64,000 nt of DNA from Eutreptiella sp. 'Long Island Sound 2002' (Eukaryota > Protista > Euglenida), in the NCBI GenBank assembly GCA_964036045.1, contig OZ038378.1:174406001-174470000 (forward strand), given 5' to 3'. Below, in pieces: positions 27,234 through 42,286 of the stretch (its first letter is position 1; each line of letters starts with the position of its first letter). Under the pieces are notes generated by a model. It ran no database searches. It saw nothing but the letters and a program-made list of their open reading frames with translations, and was not told where the DNA came from. The translations under genes and the position numbers were made by a program.

Positions 27234-29819
27234 ATGAACTCCGAAGAATTCATTGCTCTTGCTCCAGAACGACAGCGTGCGAACGTTGATCCCACAACCG
27301 CAGGGTACTTCACCAGAATTTACTACTCAGATGGGGACCTCAAAGCAGTGGTGACACACTGGCCGTCTAAAGTAGAAGTATCAGAAGTATCGATGACCAC
27401 CAGCCTTGCGACATGTTTCGGAATGTTCGCCTCCTTAATGCGCGCATCGATCTCCGAGGAAGACTTGACTCTACTGGGTGCAGAATTTCCGGATTACATG
27501 TGGCTTACAATCAAGGACCTGACAATGCAGACTCAAGAATGGCTCAAGAATGCGTCCAACGAAGAATGGTGTGACATCCTGGACAGAATGTCGCATTATC
27601 TGGAATCAGAAAATGCCAAAGAAAAGTTCGATAAACTCATCAACGAGGATCCATACAACTTTCATCGGTTGCTGGAGGCAGACGGCAAACTTATCGAAGG
27701 AGACAAGCAACTGTCGGAATCCACTTTCTGGCTATTCTATTGGGCAGCCCTATATGCAGCATGGGCCACTTCTCAACACAAGTTGCCCCCATGGTCCCCG
27801 AACTTTATCGATGGCAAGCCGCACAAACAAGCCATGTCTGACCAGTCATTGAGGGCCAGTATCACCACTACACTGCGCTCCCTGAAACCAGGCACAACCC
27901 AACCCAAAGGAAATCGTGCCGGCTCACAACAACGTGCTCCATCCCCCGGAGGGCAATCTCCATCCCGTGTTCAATCCCCTCGAAGAAACCCTCCACCGCC
28001 CATTATCAATCTGGATGCTCATCTTGATGTGCCACTGGAAGCTCTATCAGCAGCAAAGAATCGAAGAACACCAGCCATCAAACCCCCATCAATTCCATCA
28101 ACAGCGGACCTGATGCCCCACTCAGGTCCAAGGGACTATGAACCTCCCAAGAGATACTCCACAGATCACAACAAATTTGCTTTCAACAAAGTCAGCCGAT
28201 CCTACGTACCCAGAAATCAGCCAGGCCCCTCATTCCAAGATCAAAGAATGCCTGGACTACTTCCCCCTTCACAAGCCGCAACCAACGACACCTACGCCAA
28301 CTTTGAAGACATCATAGCCAAAGTACAAGAAAAATGCGAAGCACTGGATGACAGTGAATGCGAAGTTGCAGCACGTCAGCTGTACATGCGCCTCTTACCA
28401 GTCAAAGCGGCTGCAAAAATCCTCAACTTCTTCCAAAAGGCACAGAAGTGCAAGCAACTCGGGGCCATACTCAAAGCCCACATGTGTGCCCTATCGAGCG
28501 ACATCCCAGCAGTAACTCAGGCCCTGCAAGATTGGTTGAGATTTATGCAAGGACGAACTGTCGGCTCTTCCCCTGAGACCGGCAAAAGAATCAGCGAATT
28601 AAAGAAAATGTGGCAATCCATCCCTCAAGATGCAGATTGGACCATGTCGGCGACGATGCTGGCTTTTTCATTTCATACCGAAGAGAACACCCGATTGAGT
28701 CTGATGTCCGCTCAAACCGCAGCCCAGTGGTGGAACGCAGTAATAAGAAATCTTGCCACCACCACCAACGTCGCAGACTTCGACACGGTGCAGACTGAAC
28801 TAGAGAATCTAGGTGCCACAGTGAATGTGCAAACTCCAGACTGGATCAACCAATGGATGGTTCCGGAAGATGAGAATCCTCACCACTCAGTCACCACAGC
28901 TCCACAGCCAACTCAACCCCTTACAGCAGCTACCCAATACCAGCCACAAACCCCAACCCCGATGCCATCTCAACAACATCAACAGTATCAGCAATACCAA
29001 CAAAATCCCCCACAAAGATCAAGCGCATCGCATATGCAACCCACAACACCCAAGAACTCACTGCTGCCTCTCCCCCCAACGAATCAACCCCCAGAACCAC
29101 CCGTGCAGCAACCACCTCAATACCCTCAGCATCAAGGTCAAGGAGTTACGCTGATGATTACCCAAATCAAAGATGTGCCGTACAAGGACCTAGAGAACGA
29201 GATCGAGAAGCACTTCGGATTAAATTCAGGGCTACAACCTGCAGCCATCCACAAGGGATTCTGGTTCCTCAACAGTGTGAATCCCCATGCATGGAATGCC
29301 CTAGCACAGGGCAAAGAAAAAGTATGGCTCCACATCGGCAACAACAAGTACATTGGAGTACGGTCAAAGAATGAATTTGGAGATCCATATGAACCACCCA
29401 ATCCAGCGAAAAGAAGGAAGACAGAATCAACAGGCAAACCAGCACAAGCCACGGGGGCCCCGCCACCACCCCCACCTGCAGCAACACCAGGAATTGTTCC
29501 AGGACACCAGTACAACCCATATCCACCTCAGAGTCCTATGTACCCATGGTACCCTCCTCATCATCCACCCATGCCCCACATGCAGCCATCATTCTCTCAC
29601 TACCAACCACACCTATACGAGAACATGCACCCTATGGCTCATCCAACACCGGATCACCAACGTCCAGCAGCGGAAACAGCCCGTATCACTGCTCCACAGT
29701 CGCAGAATCGAGCAGCACGCTCATCCTCGCCACGAAGAGAAGACTTGCCTCCAGCCCAAATTACGCCGTCCAGTGCCACTATCCCGGCGGCACCCGGAGT
29801 AACGCAGGAGAAGAAATGA
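27234..29819 (+). CDS. Retrotransposon ORF2 (gag/ORF1p-like), 861 aa: two helical domains, P/Q-rich linkers, C-terminal RRM-like domain
   Basis: Uninterrupted ORF from ATG 27234 directly upstream of pol; NLS-like PAKRRK after the RRM-like segment. The gag-like role is inferred from position. Confidence 0.85.
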   Translation: MNSEEFIALAPERQRANVDPTTAGYFTRIYYSDGDLKAVVTHWPSKVEVSEVSMTTSLATCFGMFASLMRASISEEDLTLLGAEFPDYMWLTIKDLTMQTQEWLKNASNEEWCDILDRMSHYLESENAKEKFDKLINEDPYNFHRLLEADGKLIEGDKQLSESTFWLFYWAALYAAWATSQHKLPPWSPNFIDGKPHKQAMSDQSLRASITTTLRSLKPGTTQPKGNRAGSQQRAPSPGGQSPSRVQSPRRNPPPPIINLDAHLDVPLEALSAAKNRRTPAIKPPSIPSTADLMPHSGPRDYEPPKRYSTDHNKFAFNKVSRSYVPRNQPGPSFQDQRMPGLLPPSQAATNDTYANFEDIIAKVQEKCEALDDSECEVAARQLYMRLLPVKAAAKILNFFQKAQKCKQLGAILKAHMCALSSDIPAVTQALQDWLRFMQGRTVGSSPETGKRISELKKMWQSIPQDADWTMSATMLAFSFHTEENTRLSLMSAQTAAQWWNAVIRNLATTTNVADFDTVQTELENLGATVNVQTPDWINQWMVPEDENPHHSVTTAPQPTQPLTAATQYQPQTPTPMPSQQHQQYQQYQQNPPQRSSASHMQPTTPKNSLLPLPPTNQPPEPPVQQPPQYPQHQGQGVTLMITQIKDVPYKDLENEIEKHFGLNSGLQPAAIHKGFWFLNSVNPHAWNALAQGKEKVWLHIGNNKYIGVRSKNEFGDPYEPPNPAKRRKTESTGKPAQATGAPPPPPPAATPGIVPGHQYNPYPPQSPMYPWYPPHHPPMPHMQPSFSHYQPHLYENMHPMAHPTPDHQRPAAETARITAPQSQNRAARSSSPRREDLPPAQITPSSATIPAAPGVTQEKK

Positions 29820-29882
29820 ATCCCCCTCGCCCTCCCCAAATCCACATCGTGCTCTGCACTAATCATACGTTACACGGATAAC

Positions 29883-32800
29883 TTGCTACCACACGGTTCA
29901 CTCAGCAAGAGAACCGCTGATGCATCCCTGACAGACTTACACAACTGGTCCACCAAATGCTCAACAGATCTCAATCATGACCCCCTCCAGCCACCATCTC
30001 AAAACACCAGAGCAAACCCAGAACACACCACCCTACTACATGTATGTACACGATGTGGAACTCCAGCTTCACAGGAGACAACAGCCCTCTGCAACTGCCC
30101 CAACCCAGCACTGTATGGCATACCCTGTCATCAAGCAACCCCAGAAGAAGAGGCAGCAGTCGAGCTGCTGTATCGCATCACAAGAATCCCCAATCTAGAA
30201 GGAGTACCCCCGGCAGTAGTGCTCCGTCAGACTCGAATCATCCATGCATGGCTTCAAGCATACATGGAATCAGAGAACCAGTACAACAAGACTTTCACCC
30301 CGTCCTACCCAATAGTGTCCTGCGACTCTGTCCTACTCCTGTGGTGCCAGACAATCATCCCACCTGATGCCCGACTCTTTCGAGAAAGAACACGGGTACA
30401 ACAATTCCAATCTCAAGGCGGATACATCATGATCTGCGCCCAAGAATACGACCCAAAGGACACAATTTCATGGTCAGACGGCCCGGAATGTCGTCAATGT
30501 GGAAAACTGTCAGGTTACCACATGAAGCTGCATCTGACAACCCCCCATCAACAGAATCAGCCCCGCATCAGTGCCTGCTGGCACCTTCCCAAGCAAGAAA
30601 GTATTTCAGCTGAAATGGCGACACACAGCATCATACACTTGGGAACATTCAGGCTCGAAGGAGTTTTCCCGATCACCGACAGCAGAATGTGGCCATGCAA
30701 ACCCTCCCTTCCCAATGATGTTCACCCGCACATTCAACGTGCATATGCACAAATGCACCAAGAATTCAGCACCATGATACCACCTGCGACCAACCCAAAC
30801 ATCCCAGAGTGGGTGGACTTACAGATCATGGGCATCAATTGCGGAAGCCTCGAGAAGAAGCTGCATCAGCTGTACTGTTACCTAATCCTGGGAATGCCGG
30901 ACATCGTCTGTCTTCAAGAAACGTGGGCTCTCATGCCCGAAGGATGGCTCAACGGACTCCCCTACCAACACGTTGCCTCAGATCCATACAAAGGCGGCGG
31001 CCTGGTCATCCTGGTGCACACGAGAAGACTCTCGAAAAAGAAATGGAAGACAGATGTCAGAAAGCACTCCCTCTGCGCCCACATTAACCCAGGACTACCG
31101 AATTCCATAGCGGTAGCATCAGTCCACTTCCCTCCCGGCATTTGCCCAATCAGCAGAGAAGAACACAGCAAGGCTGTGGCATCATTCCTCTCAAACGCAA
31201 AAGCAACAATCACATTCATACAGGGAGATCTGAATGACGACGTTATGCGCAGCAAGCGTGGCTGGCTCAAGAAAACACTCTCGAAAGAATGGAAAGAATT
31301 CAACTGTCCGTACGCTACAGGTCACCCCACCAATCAAGTGCTGACTAAAAAAGGACTCTCAGAGAAAGAAATCGATTGGATGTTCACCCACAACAGTACT
31401 CCAAGTGTAGCGTGCACCAGAGACCAACTGCCAGGCCTCAGTTCTCACCGAGTGCAGCAGTACTTCCTGGTGATAGACAGCGATCAGATGAAGCCGGCAG
31501 ATCCATCTCAACGCAGGTACGACTTCCGGCACCTGAACCAGAAAGAATTTCAAGAGATAGCGAACATCTGCTCGCTGTTATTCGCATGGGCCAACATTAC
31601 AGAATGGTCTCCCACAGCCGTCATGCACATGTACTTCCTGGTGATGGATTGTATAATTCCCCGCAGAAAATCACACCTCTCCCTGACGGTGGCAGATGCC
31701 AAAGCAATGGCGGCTGCACTTCAAGCACATGATGGAAGAAATTCTGTGGCAGTTACCCAGTGGTGGGAAAACCGAAACAACAAGGCCATGGCGTCCAAGC
31801 TGCATATCCCACTGGAAAAACTGCAGGGAGTATCCATTACATCTGCAACAACTCATGCCATCAAACTCAAAAAGAACAAATTCCAAGTCGTGGACCAAAT
31901 CGGTGCTGATGGCAAGTATTTTCCACAGGAGAAAGAAGAATTTCAGGAAGAGATGCTGCGTCAAGCCAAGGAATTGTACAGCGGGCGTCCGGGAATCCGA
32001 TTAGATTATGAGCACCTCAAGAAAGGCATGAAATTGGACACGGACCAACCTGAAGATACAGTTGACTTCATCGCCCACATGAACAGACTCCAAAGAACCC
32101 GAACAGGCATTCCCATCGACGATGCAGCAGGTCAAACTCCGAATTTCCATGAACTCACTGCACTAGTCGGTCGCTCATCGTCAGAAGCCACCTCACTGGA
32201 GCAGCTTCCCCATGCTCTGGTGAGTCTCCTAGACGGATTCAGTCTGCTGCTCATCTCCACACTGCTCGCAGCATTTGCTAACGGCAGTCACTGTCCACTC
32301 TTATGTGCAGTACTTCACCTATGTCTAAAGAAGAAAAAACCCTCCTGGCTCATTCCCAATAGCAGACCCATTCTGCTTGAACCCTACCTACGCCGTCTCG
32401 AATCCAGCAACGTATTCCTACGTCAACAAGAGCGCTCAGAATGGTTCCAATGGACACCCCCATCTCACTATGCCTACAGAAAGCAGTTATCACCCCAGAT
32501 GTGCGCGATCACCTGCAGATGGCTCACATGGTGGTATGCCCACACCAACGGTAAGGTGTTCATTATCGACTGGGATGAGAGCAATGCCTTTTGCAACACC
32601 ATCAGACACGACATGGACAAACTATTCCCCAGAGAAGCGCTTCAAGTAGAACGCTGGGCAGAACAGTTCTTTGGATCCTTCCGTATCTATGTTGTCTCAC
32701 CATTTGGACTGACAGAACCATACTGCATGCGCCACGGAGGATCGCAAGGTGACTCCATGGGAGTGGGCCTATACGCAACCACCACCTGTGCCAGGACCAG

Positions 32801-35285
32801 GTTTCACAACGGAGTCCTGAGTCAACAGCGCAACCCATCAGACCTCTCCAGCAGAGCACCAGAACATGCCTTCAAATGCCTCCCTGCCCCGTGGAACAGC
32901 AGCATCAAAGTACTGGAGATTGTATACAGCGACGACCGCAGAGGATTCACCTCTACCTTGGAAGACGCTGCCCACATGTTCCATGTTTACAGTCAAGGAT
33001 GCTGGTCGACAGGAGGTTCTTCTCAATGCAGGAAAGTGCAGATATTTGGAGTAGAACCCAAGAACCCGAGAGAACTAAAGTACATCGAGGACACGGTGGA
33101 CACGATGCAAGACAAATTCAATCTGCAATGCTCAGGCCTAAAAATGACAGGGATACCTCTTCTGCCCAATGAGCAGCCGCAAACGGCCATTGATAAATTC
33201 ACCACACGCCTCAGAGTACTGCAAGGATCACTAGGGAGACTCCAACCCTCACTGATACTAGTTCTCCGAATTCTCGTCACGTACACAATCTCAGTGGTAG
33301 ACTACGTCTTCTCTGCCATCCCAGCACGAGCAGAACAAGTACAACCCCAGCAGATACAGATCAAAAGAATAGCCTGCAAAATGCTCTGCATCCCGGTGCG
33401 CACCCCCAACAAGATGCTATGGGCCAGTATAGACGATCTAGGCTTTGCAGTCCCCCACATCTTCACCCGCCTCCAGCTGCAATACATCAAGGGTCTCTTC
33501 TCTGCGTGTAACAGCAGAAGCACCTACACCAGGGAAACCATCCGCACCATCATGCTGTACCCGTCACAGCAAGTGCCAACCCACCCAGACTGGATCACAG
33601 CACGACAATGGATGGCCAGCTACGGCATCTCATTCCACTTACCGTACGACCTTACAGAATCTCCAATTGCAATCGAAGTAATCCACTCTCCAAGAGGCGG
33701 AATCATCCTGATGTCTGATGGGGCCAAGAAAGAAGATGATCATGCATGGTCAGCGCTGGTGATTGATGAGCAAGGAGTAGCCATAAGAGCATATTCCAAA
33801 GTGCTATGTAAAGGCGGCAGCAGCTGGGTGGCAGAGTGGTGCGGCAAATTTCTGGCCTATCTACTACTGGAAAAGTACGACATCAACCCACATCAAGTGC
33901 TTGGAGCCATCTCGGACAATCTTGCAGCAATGCACGGAGGAGATGGGGGCAAACCCTCCAAATGTGCCTGGATAGACGGCTACCGGCGTCAATACGCCAC
34001 ATTCCTGAGTGAAAACCACGTACAAGAATTCTATATCCCAGCCCAGCACAACACCAAAAGCAAGACACAAGTCGCGCTATGGCAGAAGGACACTGACGAC
34101 ACGGCCAAGCATGCCCTGAAGAATGCAATAGCAGGACAAGTACCCATGCCAGAATCACTAGACGACACGATGCTCTGCTTTCATCATGGCACACTTGCAG
34201 CTAACGTGGTACATGTTCTAGATGAAGCCTACAACAGCTCCCTACGCCCAGACTTTCATCTCGGAGATCCCAAAAGCAAAGTAGTATGGCGCAGAGGAGT
34301 CACTCAAGGAAAGTATACGAACGAAGGGCTCACGGTGGCCTACTGGATACGAACCATACCGTACTGTCATGAAGGAACGAAAGAAGAATTCTCTTGTGCG
34401 TTCTGCCGCTCTTTGGACACAGGATGGGGCACACACATGCAATGGTCATGCCTAACTCTTCCCATGCTATGTATGTGGTCATTCACAGAAGTTGCTCACC
34501 ATCTGGCAGCACTGGGACACACAGTAGAATGGAAATCCCCAGCCCACTTTGCAACACATCAAGAAGGAGAACAACAAGAATGGGGCTTGGTACCAGATTT
34601 CCTCATTGAAAACGCAGATCAATGGTCCACACTGAGTACATGCATCACATGGTCAGGAATAGTGCTGCGATCAAAAGAAGCTTCTCTATCAACCGAGGAG
34701 GCGGTCATCCTGAGTGCAAAGTATTTGAATGGGCTGGGAAGAAGACGACGCTGGCCTCCAGTGATCCGGAGAGAGAACCTACTGAAGGAATCAAATCCAG
34801 TAGGATGGCCAATGCTCAGCCCGCAATGGAATCTCTGCGTCATTGCGGCAGCATACAATTTTGTGGGCCGCAGTGCACAACCTCATCAGGAAGCGTTAAA
34901 CCCAGTCCCTCTGAATCTACTTCCTCCCTCACTCAACCCCACATCCTTCCATGCGTGCATTGCCTGCCCCAGACCTGAACATGATCCTCGAGCAGTATAC
35001 ATCTCCATGATGTCCCCGCAGAGCGAGCAAATCAGAACCAGCATGATAACTTTTCGTGCCACAGATGAATTGTACATCATGTTCAGCAGAGAGCAGCTTA
35101 TCTCTCTAGCACCCAAACTCACGCTTGTCCTGCTACAAGACGAATGGCCATGTAATCTACACGATCAACGACACGACCCTGAGCCGCCACCTCCCAATTG
35201 GGATGAAGTCTCATCATCCGCCAGCGAATCTGCCCTAGAGTCAATCCTAGAATCTGACGACTCGGAGTACTGGGACTCAGAGTAA
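29883..35285 (+). CDS. Retrotransposon pol (ORF3), ~1800 aa: N-terminal Cys/His motifs, APE endonuclease, reverse transcriptase, RNase H, CCHC knuckle
   Basis: APE (~30820-31470): IMGINCGSL, DIVCLQETW, GGGLVILV, GDLND, IDWMF, SSH. RT (~32150-33160): RPILL, YAYRK, IDWDESNAF, GSQGDSMG, YSDD (32925-32936). RNase H (~33700-34130): MSDG, SWVAEW, ISDN, YIPAQH, DTDDTAK. Cx2Cx9Hx4C at ~34396-34452. The frame is open from 29820; the start codon is uncertain (first in-frame ATG 30264). Confidence 0.95.
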   Translation: MLPHGSLSKRTADASLTDLHNWSTKCSTDLNHDPLQPPSQNTRANPEHTTLLHVCTRCGTPASQETTALCNCPNPALYGIPCHQATPEEEAAVELLYRITRIPNLEGVPPAVVLRQTRIIHAWLQAYMESENQYNKTFTPSYPIVSCDSVLLLWCQTIIPPDARLFRERTRVQQFQSQGGYIMICAQEYDPKDTISWSDGPECRQCGKLSGYHMKLHLTTPHQQNQPRISACWHLPKQESISAEMATHSIIHLGTFRLEGVFPITDSRMWPCKPSLPNDVHPHIQRAYAQMHQEFSTMIPPATNPNIPEWVDLQIMGINCGSLEKKLHQLYCYLILGMPDIVCLQETWALMPEGWLNGLPYQHVASDPYKGGGLVILVHTRRLSKKKWKTDVRKHSLCAHINPGLPNSIAVASVHFPPGICPISREEHSKAVASFLSNAKATITFIQGDLNDDVMRSKRGWLKKTLSKEWKEFNCPYATGHPTNQVLTKKGLSEKEIDWMFTHNSTPSVACTRDQLPGLSSHRVQQYFLVIDSDQMKPADPSQRRYDFRHLNQKEFQEIANICSLLFAWANITEWSPTAVMHMYFLVMDCIIPRRKSHLSLTVADAKAMAAALQAHDGRNSVAVTQWWENRNNKAMASKLHIPLEKLQGVSITSATTHAIKLKKNKFQVVDQIGADGKYFPQEKEEFQEEMLRQAKELYSGRPGIRLDYEHLKKGMKLDTDQPEDTVDFIAHMNRLQRTRTGIPIDDAAGQTPNFHELTALVGRSSSEATSLEQLPHALVSLLDGFSLLLISTLLAAFANGSHCPLLCAVLHLCLKKKKPSWLIPNSRPILLEPYLRRLESSNVFLRQQERSEWFQWTPPSHYAYRKQLSPQMCAITCRWLTWWYAHTNGKVFIIDWDESNAFCNTIRHDMDKLFPREALQVERWAEQFFGSFRIYVVSPFGLTEPYCMRHGGSQGDSMGVGLYATTTCARTRFHNGVLSQQRNPSDLSSRAPEHAFKCLPAPWNSSIKVLEIVYSDDRRGFTSTLEDAAHMFHVYSQGCWSTGGSSQCRKVQIFGVEPKNPRELKYIEDTVDTMQDKFNLQCSGLKMTGIPLLPNEQPQTAIDKFTTRLRVLQGSLGRLQPSLILVLRILVTYTISVVDYVFSAIPARAEQVQPQQIQIKRIACKMLCIPVRTPNKMLWASIDDLGFAVPHIFTRLQLQYIKGLFSACNSRSTYTRETIRTIMLYPSQQVPTHPDWITARQWMASYGISFHLPYDLTESPIAIEVIHSPRGGIILMSDGAKKEDDHAWSALVIDEQGVAIRAYSKVLCKGGSSWVAEWCGKFLAYLLLEKYDINPHQVLGAISDNLAAMHGGDGGKPSKCAWIDGYRRQYATFLSENHVQEFYIPAQHNTKSKTQVALWQKDTDDTAKHALKNAIAGQVPMPESLDDTMLCFHHGTLAANVVHVLDEAYNSSLRPDFHLGDPKSKVVWRRGVTQGKYTNEGLTVAYWIRTIPYCHEGTKEEFSCAFCRSLDTGWGTHMQWSCLTLPMLCMWSFTEVAHHLAALGHTVEWKSPAHFATHQEGEQQEWGLVPDFLIENADQWSTLSTCITWSGIVLRSKEASLSTEEAVILSAKYLNGLGRRRRWPPVIRRENLLKESNPVGWPMLSPQWNLCVIAAAYNFVGRSAQPHQEALNPVPLNLLPPSLNPTSFHACIACPRPEHDPRAVYISMMSPQSEQIRTSMITFRATDELYIMFSREQLISLAPKLTLVLLQDEWPCNLHDQRHDPEPPPPNWDEVSSSASESALESILESDDSEYWDSE

Positions 35286-35384
35286 AGAAACTCACTCCGC
35301 GAATGAATTCATGCTTGGTCCCTTCCTCCGCTCTAACCCATCTCTTGCTAACCAATGCTGCTCCCCCCACTGATCTGAAAAAGA

Positions 35385-36330
35385 ACTCATGTCCTCAAGA
35401 CCTGTGAAAGAATTTGAGCGCAAGTGTGTCAAAGAATCAGGGTCAAGATCCTGCATGTCAAAGAAAAGTTGCAACCCCATCCGATTCATCTCTTTCGTTG
35501 CCGATTGATGAAAGTACCAAAGAATTGGAAATGTGCTCTCCGCTGTTGCAACCCCACCTGATTCAACCCACTGTGTGCTAACCTCACAGAGTCCGTGCCG
35601 ATAGACGATGCCCCCAGCACGAATGTACCAATGAACCTGACATGCTAAATGCTCAAAAAGCATGACACCTCCATCAGAGTTGTCCACTCCCCACTCCACA
35701 AGCCAGCTGACCCACTCCAGTGACAGATACAGGTGCAGAAAGAATGCCTCCCATGTGCCCATCCTCCTCCTGATGCAAACTCCCATTGCTAACCGGCATG
35801 CTGTCCCACAAACTCAAAAACAACACAAGTGCCTGATGCCCTCAAGCCCTGTGAAAGAATTAAGCACAAGTGAGTCAAAGAATCAGGGACAGAATCTTGC
35901 ATGCCAAAGAAATGTTGCAACCCCATCCGATTCATCTCATCCATTATCGATTGACGCCGGAGATCCTCTACAGGTATCAACACACCCAAGTCCGATGAAA
36001 GGATTGTGCACAAAAGTATCAAAGAACTGGAAATGTGCTCTCCACTATCAAAAGAAATGTTGCAACTCCACCTGATTTGACCCACTGCATGCCATTCTCA
36101 CAGAGTCAATGCCAATAGACGACGCCCCCAGAACGAATGTGCCAATGTACCAGACTCACCTCCGTCAGAATCTGATTCGTCCACTCCCTACTCCATAGAC
36201 CCGTCGACACACTCCAGTGATAGAAACAGATGCTGAAAGAATGTCTCTCATGTCCCTCCCGTCTTCTCTCTGATGCAATCACCATCTGCCAATCGCCAAG
36301 CTGACCCACTAACTCAAAAACAATACAAGC
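35385..36330 (+). repeat. 3' UTR tandem duplication, ~450-500 bp x2
   Basis: CCTGTGAAAGAATT...CAAAGAATCAGGG...GTTGCAACCCCATCCGATTCATCTC occurs at ~35400 and ~35848. Confidence 0.85.
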
Positions 36331-36354
36331 GCCTGATTCAAACCTCGAAGAATG

Positions 36355-36830
36355 ACAGACGATGCTCATACGCTCACATGCCTTCAATGTTCAATGTGCA
36401 ATGCGTGCGATGCTTCCTGACATGTCATGCCCCTAATCCTCAATGCATCAATCGAAAGCAGGCAAAACCCCCCATCCTTCTCTCAACCCCAATATACATG
36501 CTCAGACTAAGACCCACCGCCCATCCATAAGAAAGCTAAAGCAGCATGATGTGAATCGAGTGTGAAAATGAATAATGCACAATGTCATGCCAAAAAAAAA
36601 AAAAAATGCTCACATGCTCACATGCCTTCAATATTCAATGTGCAATGCATGCGATGCTACCTGACATGTCATGCCCCTGATCCTCAATGCATCAATCGAA
36701 AGCAGGTAAAATCCCCTATTCTTCTCTCAACCCCAATATACATGCTCAGACTATGACCCACCGCCCATCCATAAGAAAGCAAGAGCAGCATGATGTGAAT
36801 CGAGTGTGAAAAAAAAAAAAAAATCCCCTA
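36355..36830 (+). repeat. 3' UTR tandem duplication, ~250 bp x2
   Basis: GCTCACATGCCTTCAAT...GACATGTCATGCCCCT...GCATCAATCGAAAGCAGG...CCCACCGCCCATCCATAAGAAAGC is present twice. Confidence 0.9.
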
Positions 36831-36954
36831 CAGAGTAACAACCCGAGCACCAAACCATGACCACTGACTGTATGCAGCAAAACTCAATCACCCAAGTCCC
36901 AAAGGCGAGAAGCATACTCACCCACCCCAAGAAATACCTATCACCCAACATCAA

Positions 36955-37260
36955 ACACAGCCACAGCGCCAATCACAGGGCCATAGCGCCAAACACAGGG
37001 CCACAGTGCCAAACATAGGGCTAAAGTGCCAAACACAGCGCCACAGCGCCAATCACACGGCCAACACCCAAATCCGAATCCAAATACGAACCCACAAAGG
37101 TCCGCAGACCGCGTGCTTGCCCTGATCAAAACCCGAATCTGAATTCCCAACCAACAAGGTCCGCAGACCACGTGCTTGCCCTGATCAAAACCCGAGTCTG
37201 AATTCCCAACCAAAAAGGTCCGCAGACCGCGTGCTTGCCCTGATCAAAACTCTAATCTGA
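36955..37260 (+). repeat. 3' UTR short tandem repeats (~20 bp x5-6, then ~59 bp x3)
   Basis: ACACAGGGCCACAGCGCCAA-type units, then AAGGTCCGCAGACC(G/A)CGTGCTTGCCCTGATCAAAAC x3. Confidence 0.9.
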
Positions 37261-37463
37261 ATTAATCACTGGCAAAAGCAGCGGGCAAGCCACCCCGCGG
37301 CCGCCTAAAGGGGCCAGTACGAGGTACGGGGGCCGGCGGTGGGGGTGCGTAGTCCTCCCGAGCGCGTGGCACATATAGCTCACGCCGTCATACGGGAGGT
37401 GACTGCCATTCTCCCTTGGGGAATACCTCCCTAAACATACACCGCTCAGACAATAACAATAAC

Positions 37464-38553
<1,090 letters not shown>

Positions 38554-38753
38554 NNNNNNNNNNNNNNNNNNNNNNNNNNNNNNNNNNNNNNNNNNNNNNN
38601 NNNNNNNNNNNNNNNNNNNNNNNNNNNNNNNNNNNNNNNNNNNNNNNNNNNNNNNNNNNNNNNNNNNNNNNNNNNNNNNNNNNNNNNNNNNNNNNNNNNN
38701 NNNNNNNNNNNNNNNNNNNNNNNNNNNNNNNNNNNNNNNNNNNNNNNNNNNNN
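38554..38753. other. Assembly gap (200 N)
   Basis: An exactly 200-nt N run, typical of a scaffolding placeholder; true distance and adjacency are unknown. Confidence 0.99.
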
Positions 38754-42286
<3,533 letters not shown>

